The translations under genes and the position numbers were made by a program. A stretch of DNA of 63,836 nucleotides, the filler included, from Pelomyxa schiedti (Eukaryota > Protista > Evosea): NCBI GenBank assembly GCA_020536535.1. It is 7 parts of 7 records of this genome, joined end to end, with 100 filler letters (N's around TTAATTAATTAA, not from the genome) between each part and the next. Parts side by side here need not be neighbours in the genome. Positions count along the whole stretch, not along the records: positions 54,207 to 58,935 come from JAHLWZ010001558.1; positions 59,036 to 62,088 come from JAHLWZ010001832.1; positions 62,189 to 63,836 come from JAHLWZ010002357.1; 4 more parts are not named here. One strand, 5' to 3'. Below, piece after piece: positions 54,234-63,836 of this stretch. Numbering within the stretch: position 1 is the first letter of the stretch; every line of letters begins with the position of its first letter. The notes under the pieces were generated by a model. That model was not told the origin of the DNA. It searched no databases and was given only the letters and a program-made list of their open reading frames with translations.

Positions 54234-57200
54234 TCAGTGTATTCTGGTGGGTCCTGTTCCTCCCGCTGTAGGTTGATTGCTTCTGGGCTCATCACGGTAC
54301 TTTTGCTTCTGGTGGTGGTTGTTGGTTGCCCACTTCCACTGGGTGAGTGGGCAGTTACTTTTGGGTCTGTAATCTTGGCCCATCAATGAGTCCAGTTTAA
54401 AATAAAAGTGAAACCTTTGCACAGATTACTGATCCCCTTACATCCAATGAAGTAATCAAGACAGTTCCTGTGGTTTGGTGTCAATTGAGGTGCAGTAGTA
54501 CAAAATTTGGGGGAAAGGAAACCAATGCGAATGTCGCCGTGAAAAACAGGAGGAATCTGGCTGTGCAAATGCCTCAGTCCCTGTGCAACGTCCCTCAGAA
54601 TCTTCTTCCTCAGCGGCATTGGAAGCATTTTGTCCAACAGCCCTGGTTGCCCTGAAACGAGGCACGCCTTCAACACGTCGGATAGGGTAAACGGTTGGTT
54701 GGGGTCAAGTGGAGTAATTGTATGTGGAGATGGTGAGATCTGTAGCAGTGCAACTTCCTGTAATGCGTTGAGGAGTCCCTTTCTGTTATTGCCAGGAGTA
54801 CAACAGTTTGTGCTAGTGTTACTGGAGAGCTCTGAGGAACCGGCTCCCTCAGAATCATGAGTGAAAGTGTGGAGTAAGAGACCAGGTGCAATGTCATCCA
54901 CTTCAAGAGATCCGTGCTTTTCGCACTCCAGTGTGCTGGGATCACGGCCCGCTGCTTCCGTCATCTGTGTCATGGTGAAGTAGTTTTTGAACTCACTTTC
55001 AGCTGCCGTGGGCATTTGAAAGCCCCCACTTGACTTCAAGTGCATCAAAAAGCACATTGGGCAGATGAACGAGTGCTGCACCACCATTACACCTGTGATC
55101 TTTGAAAGGAAATCAAGTGCTGTGGCAAGTATCTTGAAGCCAAAGGGGGGTACTGCTGTTATTGTCACCTCGACTCTTGTGTGGGGCGCACCCCCCACTG
55201 AAGCGGCCTGATTATGACGAGTCATCAGGAGCCTAGCCTCACCCTGCACCTCTAATTCTTTCACATCAGAGCTGCGTTTCTGCGGCACTGTTGTGTATTT
55301 TGAGAGCAGAATCCCATCTCTCCAACACATCAGAATGTGAACACCAGGGATGAAGCAGAGCTCACGCATAACAGCTGTGAATGACTCACTGGGAAGGAAC
55401 TCAAACTGGAGAACACACCCAGACACAGTCCCATTCTCCCTGAAGCCACTCAGCCCAAGTAATTGATCACCTACAGAGCCAGGAGGAGTGGATGGAAGCA
55501 CGAAGAAAGGGAAGAACTCTGGATTCTTTGGGCTTGTTGTTGTCATCAAGAGACCCAACTTGGAAAGAACCACCCTTTCTGCTGGACCAAGGTGGTCAGC
55601 CATTTTCTTTGTGGTGAAACGTTGCATCAGGGATTCCAATGACTCGGCGACACTTGGATCGACTGCTTTTGGAGGAGTATGGGATGGTACCGATGTTGGG
55701 TTTGTAATTTCCTTGTTCATTGACAGAGTGAGGTTGTACAAGCTGTTGAACCAAGATGGATCCAAAACAACAAGCCCATCATTGTAACCCCTTTGGGAAG
55801 AAGATTCCTGGAAGTACCTGTGCCTGAAGTGGAAAATGGAGCCAATGTCAGACAACCAGTCAAAGCACAGCCTTATTTCATCTCGCTGAGCTGCTTGGCT
55901 AATCTGAGATGTTGTTCTCCCAACACCACAGCTGTGTGCAAGCCTGACAAGCTGTAGCCATTTCAGGGCACCTTTGTTGTTGATGCCGCCTAGACTAGAA
56001 CGAAGTCTGGCCCAGGTTTGTGGAACAACATAGGGTCTGGTGGTGTTCCTCTGCAGACACTTCACCATGCGCTCAAGAACGCTGGAAGAATCACGAAGGT
56101 GGAGGCTCTCACCACTTTCCAAGTTGACTGTATAAAAGTCAAGGAAGTCGATGTTCTTTTCCCAGTGCTTTCTGGCTGTCTGGTAAAGATCATTCAGGGA
56201 AGAAGGTGCATCGGGATCCAATGGATTGCTGGTCTGTATTCCCACAAGAACCACCTTGGGTTTTTGGGAGTGTGGACGGTAGCACGATGCCTTCTTCTTG
56301 TGGTGGTGGCACGAACTGATTTGGTTCAGCAAGAAATGTAGCTTTGGTAGTTCTGGGTGGTGTGCTGAAATTGTTGAGGATGATGCCGATGCATCAAAAA
56401 CGAGCAGGAACACTGAGTCACTGAAAAAGAAACATGGATAGAACGGGTTCCATTCCTCTTGGGTCCCCCCACCTTTTGTTTTGATGTTTTCATTAGAATG
56501 AGAGAGATATCTGTGTGCGCGAACCTAAATCCCATGCAGTCCACTGCTTGTTCGACAACTGGAAGGGTGTGTGCACCTGGACAACTGGTGCAGTGGTTGT
56601 TGGCAATTTCGTGAGTCTCACAGTTGCTTTGGCTTTATTCTCCATCAAGCATTTCAGCAAAGCGGCTCTGTGCAGGTGAGGTCCCCCAAGAGCAACAATT
56701 TGGTGGGTTGGCTCCGAAGGCATTGGCTCCTCCCCAAAGAGTAGGAACAGCTTGATAAATGGCCACTGTGGTGGCGTGTCAGATTTACGGACGAGGTAGG
56801 TAGGCTGGTTTTCCCTGAAAAACACTGCGCCAACTCTGGAGCGAAGCTTCCACTCTGGAATTCCATTGTTTTCAGGTCTGAGGCATCTCAGTACTTGGCA
56901 TGCAAGTCCTTCAAATTGATGAGGAATGACTGTGTTCCACATGTCAACCTCGGCCTTAACAAGGTGATTGGAGAAAACAAGCTCATCCACGGCTGGCCAG
57001 TTCCCAGCTCCAGCCCAGAGTCTCAACAACTTACAGTATGCATGTTCGGTGGCATTAGTCTTAAAGTTAGAGGACAACAGGTGGAGTAATGATCGGACAT
57101 GTGAGCAGCTCATCTTTGAGACTCCAATCAGTCCTTCCTGTGGAAATGTGGCTTCTTCTTCTTCCAGGAAAAGAGAGGAAGTTATCATGCACTCCCGAGA

Positions 57201-58040
57201 GAAATCTATCCCAGAGGAAACTGAGTAAGTGAAACTGTTTCAGCCCCAAAATGAAGTGAAAACAACCAAGACGATAAGACTGTGAAGTAAGAACAATTGC
57301 ATCTATCAGCTTGGTTATAGTCTCTTCTGAAGGCTCACTCAGGCTCTTAAAGACATAGCCGGCTTGAATCTGAGTGTTAATTAATTATTTTTTGTTGATA
57401 GCTTCAACAGAGATCTGCAACATACTCCAACTGCAAGACCCAGCAGTGTGACATTAATAGGGTAGCTGTTTCCAGGCACATCGCATGTAAAAACAGGTTG
57501 TTTTTCTCCAAAGTTTACCAGGATAGGCGACCCACCACCACCCATAGACCCACAAGACTCAAACAACAAATCACACATGTGGGATGCTGTCTTGTACTCC
57601 TCGTACTGCTGGTCCCCAAACGGCGTCATTGCCAAAACCACGGATCCTGCTTCCTTCGCACACCCGTATCTCATCTCTCTGCTGCCGTTCCTGTGAAAAG
57701 CAACATCGACGCCACCGAGGTCATAACCAGAAACTTCACTCGCTGTTGCCTTGGTCAATGGAGAGCACTGATTGCCGTCATTGCTTTTCTGCCCCATAAC
57801 TGTGATCGTGAGCGTCGTCGGGAGTGCCGAGGCCTCGTCTTCATCGGTCATGGCGGGCGATTGATGAGCACTGCCTCCCGCTCCGACAGTGACGGCTCTG
57901 CTGGGCTTGCTGTATTTGCGAAGCAGGTCGAAGAGGTAAGCGTCGGACGATGACTCCCCGACTACAAAACATTTGATGAGTGGCCTCCCCTTTGTGGTGT
58001 CACCACGAGGAGAGGATGCCGACGACTGTTGACGCGACAT
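54234..58040 (-). CDS. Degenerate ROCO-like protein (Rho-like N-domain, Roc, COR, partial kinase)
   Basis: IKCFVVGE (Rho-like start), WTAWDLG and VFLLVFD...VVLVG (Roc), WLSDIGSIFHF...VVLDPSWF (COR), ILRDVAQGLRHLHSQIPPVFHGDIR (kinase subdomain VI). Confidence 0.7.
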
Positions 58041-58098
58041 CTCTCAACCAACAAAAGTTTTTTCAACTTCCTTCGGAGAAAGAAGCGAGATGCAGATC

Positions 58099-58155
58099 TG
58101 GAACAAAATAATCAACAGACGGAATGAATGATCGTCTGGTGTTTTTTTTTTTCAA
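58099..58155. mobile_element. Degenerate, internally deleted relative of the 89-bp MITE
   Basis: Retains AAAATAATCAACAGAC and GTCTGGTGTTTTTTTT. The outer TIR and TSD are eroded. Confidence 0.55.
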
Positions 58156-59034
58156 GTTAGATGGGACAAACCGGCAAACTCGCTGAAGTCATGAACTTAA
58201 CAGCAGCTTGTCACAAAATCTATGCATTGGTTAGCTGGGGAGAAAAAAAAGGGAGAACTGGAATCCTTTAGCTGTTCCACACTGGCTTGTCAGGTTAGTC
58301 GGAAAGAGAGGAGTAAGTTGAGGGCACACCCAAGAGGAGAGCTGCCAAAAAGGAAAGTAGCCCGGAAGCTTGGTGGAACTGCCGATCCAGTTCAACCAAG
58401 CTGTTTGGTAGTTAACGGGAAAAGGGGGGAAAAGGGAAAAAGGGGGAAACGCACCACACTGTGATCAGCCATAAAGGGTGTGGAACATGCAGAGGGGAGG
58501 GAGCGTAGCGACACCAATGCGCGGCCGGCTACACACTACGGCGCTTGGTTTTTGTTTTGTTTTGTTTTTCTCCAAGGCAACTGTGGATTGTTGCTCTCCA
58601 CACACGCCAAGTCAGAGTGGACTCAAGCTGAGAAAAACCCAAGGTGGCTCAGCCATCATTGTGATGTGCAGTGGTGACTAAGTACAGGTACGGTGAGCGC
58701 ACTCTTTGCTCTGGGACACGCCATGAATTCGGTTGTCCTCTGGCGTCGTGTTGACTTCAAAAAAACAAAATAGCTTGTTAAACTTTCCAGAAGTGTGGAA
58801 CCACAACTGTGCCAAGGTAGATTGGGTTTGGATAGTGACCACCACACTGTGAGGTGTGCTGGGGTGTTGATGGTTGTTGTTTTACTTGTGTAGTAAGGGA
58901 GAAAGAAGCCCGAATACAAACACAAGAGTTTATTGNNNNNNNNNNNNNNNNNNNNNNNNNNNNNNNNNNNNNNNNNNNNTTAATTAATTAANNNNNNNNN
59001 NNNNNNNNNNNNNNNNNNNNNNNNNNNNNNNNNN

Positions 59035-59979
59035 NGAGGAGGAAGACGAAGACGAGGACGAGGATGAGGATGAGGATGAAGACGAGGACGAGGACGAGGA
59101 TGAAGAGGAGGAGGAAAGTGAAGATGGTGAATCGGAAGCATCCTCTGATAGTGATGATGAGGACTCCAACAACCGGCCAGGAAAGAATAATAAGCCGGCA
59201 ATGGTTGTGGTGAAGAGGCCAATGTCATCATACATGATATTCGCTTCACAGAAAAGAGAGCAGGTGCGGGAATCACTTGGTCCGGATGCAAAACAGGTTA
59301 CTGTGACGATGGAGCTTGCCCGTTTGTGGAAATCAATGTCAGAGACTGAGAAACAGGTCTGTGTGTTTGTTTGTTTCCCTCTTTCTTTATTAAATATTCT
59401 CTTCTCGCACCTTTTTTTCCCTGACAAACAAACACAGCCATTTGTTGATCTTGCGGAAGAACAAAAAAGGCAATACCTTGCACACAGGAATGAAACAACA
59501 ACTGTCTCAGCACCTGTGGGAAAATCCGATGTTAAAAAGGCACACTCCCCTTTTTTCTTCAGCCTTTGTTCCGGTATCACACTAACAAACCCCAACAGAA
59601 GAAGCCCACAAAGAGGACGCAGGATTCTGAGGAAGACAACAGCGAGAGTGCAAGTAAAAGCAGCGACGATGCTGATTCCGATGAGGATGACTCTGACAAC
59701 AAGAACAGAAGGAAACCGGTAAAGCCCGCAACCCAACCAGAGCAACAACAACAACGAGATTGTGGGAGCAATCCCACAATCGCACGCAAGCCGGGCCGCG
59801 TTTCCGGCTACATGGTTTTCAGCCAGGAGAGGCTGCCGCAGATCATGTCAAGTTTCATTGACTCGCCTGCCAACTTTGGCAAATGTTTGCAGCAAATCGG
59901 AGGTGAGTGGAAGATGCTCTCACAGGCTCAGAAGCAAAGTTATGAGGAAAAGGCGAAGGAGAGAAACAATAAACTATGA
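59035..59979 (+). CDS. Double HMG-box protein with acidic tracts; 5' end lost in gap
   Basis: KRPMSSYMIF...LARLWKSMSETEKQPFVDLAEEQKRQY and RVSGYMVFSQE...IGGEWKMLSQAQKQSYEEKA. Confidence 0.9.
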
Positions 59980-60674
59980 TGCAGAATAAGCTTAAAAGAA
60001 AACATCTCGTAATGCATGACTTTCTTTCCGTATTCATTTCGATCGTATCAAAATGATGGTGGGAACTGTAGTCGCTGTGGGGTGTAGATTCTTATCATAG
60101 TCATCATCAATGGTCACAGTGATGTGGATTGTGTTTCCCAACACTGGTATCTTTGGAAAGGTCAGTTCCAGTGAGGAAAGCGTTTTTGCTGATGTGGTTT
60201 TACTTATTTAAATTTAATTTCTTAATTAAATAATGCTGTAGTACGTACTCTCTGACTTCCTATGTACCCAGCTGTGTTGAGTGACTGGAGTTGACCTATT
60301 TGAATGTAAGGAAACGCATCACTGTGATCTGCCAGGGAACCAAACCCGTAAGTTTGCCTGTATTTCAGCTTTCAATTCCTCAAACCATTTCCCTCATTGC
60401 CGCTCCAATCTTATCGGCTGTGGTATCCGCATCTACAGAGTTATTTAATTATGTATTGTGGGCAAATAACGCAATAAATATGGCGCTCTTTTCTTATGTA
60501 TTATTGGTAAAGATGTGCTGCCGGCGAGAGAGTTGTTTATTTGTTGGTCCGTTCTTGGCCTCTTGGCTGTTGGGGGTTCCACTTGCTGTTCTGCTGACAT
60601 TGCTTTTTTGTTTTTAAATCTAATCTGGTAATAACTGTAGATTGTATTATTGTGAAATTATGACATGATTTGGT

Positions 60675-62088
60675 TCATGACACATCCTCCATTGGGTCGT
60701 TGTTTTGTGGTTCTGTTTGTGTTGGTGCCTCTGTGTTTGTTCCTGTGGTGGGGCTGACTGTGGTTGCTGTGTTTGGTGATGTTGCTGGTGGTGTTTCAGG
60801 CTGCTGCTGTTCCATCTGCTGGTCTGGTGGGATGTGTTGTTCCAGTTGCGGTTGTGGTTGTGTTTGTGTTTGTGGTGGTGGTGTTGTGGCCGATTCTGGT
60901 TTTGTGGTGGTGGTTGCTGATGAATTGCTGGGTTCTGTTTGTGCTGGTGTTGATGTTGGAGGGGAGGATTCCTTTGTTGCGGATGTTTCTGTTCCTGCTG
61001 TTTGTTCCGGCAGTGGTTGCTGTGTCTGGGTTTGTGGTTGGGATTGTGTAGCGGACGAGGAGGAAGCGGTGGTTGTGTTGCTGCTGATGGTGCCGCCGGT
61101 TTCCGGTGCTGTTGGTGGAAGGTTTGTTGTTGTTGTTGCGGGAGGAGCGGTGGATTTGGTGGGTGATTGTTTGTTTGTCAAAACGTAGAACAGAACGTAG
61201 GCCGACGGACCCCTCACGTCATGTGCGGCAACTGGTGACGTGGAAGAATCGTTGAACAGGTACCACCGGCTTGTCTCGCTGTGCCTGCAGTAAGCTGTGT
61301 AATGCCCTCCTCCAAGCCCGCCAGAGTGGCTCTTTATTTGGAGTTAGATAGGGTGAAAAGAGAAAAGCACCATACTGAAACAGCGTAAAGGGAGTAGACT
61401 GCCTGATCACTGTGACGGGCATGTGGAGTCAGGTCCCACTCCTGAGGAAAATCTACATTTGTACATATCTGTGCTTTCATTTCAGTGATGAAAATTATTA
61501 TCTTATTATTATTTGAAACGGAAGGAGAAAACCTTTTCTCTCCAAGCACCTTCGTAAACAAATCGTTTCAGGTGCACAACAAGAACCTGTTTTGATCAGT
61601 TGTTGGTTTTCCTTTTTTTTCAATTTTTCTCCTGTACCTTTGGTAGACGCCAGACATCGAGTTTTTTGAATGCCTGTTTGTGTTCTTTGCAGTGTGGGCA
61701 ATACCTTCAAGTGCACGTAAAAAAGTAAATCGTCGTGAAGAGGACAAACACACCACATGTTTTGCTGGTTGAGTTTCTCGTTCCTTGTGAAGAGTTGAAG
61801 ACAATAATCAAGGGAGAGACTGCTTGTTGCTTCTGCTTGTGTTTCCTTGCAAGACGGGTGTGGAATGACCATCTGTTTTAAAATAGTGTGCTCAATGATA
61901 AAGTGAAAGCACAACAAGTTCAACCCACCATTGAGTTCTCGATGATTGGAGTTGAGTCAATGGCTGCTTGCTTCCATGTGACTGCAAAATAAACCGCAGA
62001 GGAACCAAAGTTGGGTGTGAAGGTTTTTGGTGGTGCTGGTTCATCTGTTGGTTGTAAAGCGCAACCCCAGCAATCGCTCTTTACGTCA
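60675..62088 (-). CDS. Ubiquitin-specific protease (peptidase C19, USP4/11/15-like), 3' part; 5' end lost in gap
   Basis: CLQLFTRNEKL..WYCPHCK..AFKKLDVWRLP..LVVHLKRF, YSLYAVSNHSGGLGGGHYTAY, WYLFNDS, AYVLFY, followed by a T/Q/P-rich tail. Confidence 0.93.
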
Positions 62089-62422
62089 NNNNNNNNNNNN
62101 NNNNNNNNNNNNNNNNNNNNNNNNNNNNNNNNTTAATTAATTAANNNNNNNNNNNNNNNNNNNNNNNNNNNNNNNNNNNNNNNNNNNNAATTTAATTATT
62201 AATTAATAAGAAAGAAGTTAATACATATAATTATTTAAAAATAAATTCGTTAAATAATAAAATCTAAAACACTCCGATAAATAAAATAATAACAAGTTGT
62301 TCAGAAACCAACAAACCAGTTTTTTACTTATGGGTTTTCGGAAAGAAGCACACTCATGTGAAAGAAAGACAGGGACTAACAAGTGAGGAAATTGGAAACC
62401 ACAAAAGTGAAAGCCACCACAT

Positions 62423-63562
62423 TTAAAAAAAGAAGTGATTAGGAACATTGAAGTTACCAAAGTGAAGGCCAGTGATACCATCATGAAGTGAAAAAACCAC
62501 ACATGGTGGCAGCTTGCTGCATTTCAAGTTTTGTGTTGTGGAAAAAAGGAGCCCTGATTTTGGGTAGCAACCTGGTGATGCCCACGTGGCTGGGAGGGAA
62601 AGTACAGGTGGCAGCGGGCTTCCAGTGTGGTACACACTGAACTGGAGCCTAGTACTGCCTGTAAACCATGGTGCAGAAAACACGTGATTCTCACTGATTG
62701 GTATCACTTGATTGGTTTCTTCTTTGAGTGCATTTCTAGCTTTCTGCGGCAATACAGAATTGATAACCAACGAGCCTGCCTTGAAGCTTGAATCTAAGTC
62801 AACAACTGTGATGGAACCTCCTGCAAGCGGGAACACCATGACGAAGTCTTGGCCAAATGGTGTTGAGACCCCTGACTCCAGTTTTTCTGCTTCGAACCCC
62901 AGTTCATACACGCTCACCTGCTGGTCCCCTGGGGTTCCATCCCCCACAACCTTCCAAATGTGCAGTTCCGTGCTGCCAGGAACCAAAACCACAATCCACT
63001 TCCTGTTGCAAACCACACTCGGGGAGTGCCCACACATCATGAGTTGAGCTGACCACACCGACCTGTCAAAAGGATTCCGCTCTTTTCCAGCACCACCGTC
63101 TTCCTCCATACTCACATTCAGGACCCTGCAGTATCCCCTCCACGACTCATCAAGACACAGGGAGCTGCACAGAACCCTGTCATTTCCCACACACCCGCAC
63201 ACAGTGCTGTTCGAAGAAAACTTGAACACGGACCAGTGTAGAATACCAAGCGTTGGTGACACACTCACATACAAAGCGGTAGACCTCAATGGGTGGCAGT
63301 GTCCCACAATTCGGCCGGTCCACCAAGGCACCCCGAACACGTCTTCCCTGGCGGGCCTGAGCACCCAGTCTTTGGCCCACTTCCTGACGAGGCTCGGCGA
63401 TTGCACCCATAATTTCAACGACGGGCAGCAGCTTGCGGAGCACCTCGCGACGCCACAACAACACAGTGCAACCACTTGTGACTGAGCCGACGTCGTCGTC
63501 GTCGTAGTCGTCGTCATGCCTTTTTGAATGGCGTCACCGTCCCGCGATCGTGTCTGACCCAT
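62423..63562 (-). CDS. Intronless hypothetical protein of a lineage-expanded family
   Basis: Long ORF with the AQSQVVALCCCGVARC...LVRKWAKDWV N-terminal motif followed by beta-rich segments (CNRKWIVV, LHIWKV). Likely start is MGQTRS at 63562. Confidence 0.7.
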   Translation of the reverse strand: MGQTRSRDGDAIQKGMTTTTTTTTSAQSQVVALCCCGVARCSASCCPSLKLWVQSPSLVRKWAKDWVLRPAREDVFGVPWWTGRIVGHCHPLRSTALYVSVSPTLGILHWSVFKFSSNSTVCGCVGNDRVLCSSLCLDESWRGYCRVLNVSMEEDGGAGKERNPFDRSVWSAQLMMCGHSPSVVCNRKWIVVLVPGSTELHIWKVVGDGTPGDQQVSVYELGFEAEKLESGVSTPFGQDFVMVFPLAGGSITVVDLDSSFKAGSLVINSVLPQKARNALKEETNQVIPISENHVFSAPWFTGSTRLQFSVYHTGSPLPPVLSLPATWASPGCYPKSGLLFSTTQNLKCSKLPPCVVFSLHDGITGLHFGNFNVPNHFFF

Positions 63563-63836
63563 TTCTCCGAAAAAGTTTGATTGTGTGAAAATTAGTGATT
63601 CCGGAATCGTACTTCCCAGGGGAATTGTGCCAAAGGAGTCAAACTCTTTGGTCAATCTCTTGCCATTCTAATTCATTCGCGATCTAGCTGGGGGACAGAC
63701 TGTACACCGGGGGGCGAGTCAAATGAGAAAAACAGAATTTTTTAGTGAGCAAGGCAGGGTGAAGCGGCCCGATTTTGCCGGGATTTGTTGATGTTTTGTG
63801 CCGCGGGGCGGTTGGCGCGGCGCCGCGGCGGCAGCG

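Noticed and set aside
60060-60617. Short ORFs between the HMG-box and USP genes, including the hydrophobic 60291-60617
   Set aside because: No recognisable motif and no convincing splice model; I could not support a gene.

Overview
This is a gene-dense, intron-rich eukaryotic scaffold with short GT-AG introns of about 40-100 nt, standard-code stops and seven N-gaps. The expanded gene families and GC-rich first exons resemble a free-living archamoeba such as Pelomyxa; that is inference, not proof. I reconstructed about 25 spliced genes by eye, so exon boundaries are approximate. Housekeeping genes include PSMA6, RPL36, an NDR kinase, LEO1, CWC21, pyruvate kinase, a USP, an HMG-box protein and tRNA-Arg(CCG). 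The most interesting signals are: (1) a ~2,000-aa protein with eight tandem calflagin-like four-EF-hand units, a long Pro/Thr linker and a C-terminal calponin-homology domain; (2) a TOG-TOG-coiled-coil protein ending in a RING finger; (3) an EF-hand / Pro-Thr-Ser repeat / double Zn-finger / L-type lectin fusion; (4) an 89-bp MITE family with 4-bp AWWT target duplications, one copy supplying a gene's stop codon; (5) an intron-containing, actinobacterial-type Fic gene; and (6) RPL36 with a ~160-aa H1-like tail. No database searches were run, so all novelty claims need checking.
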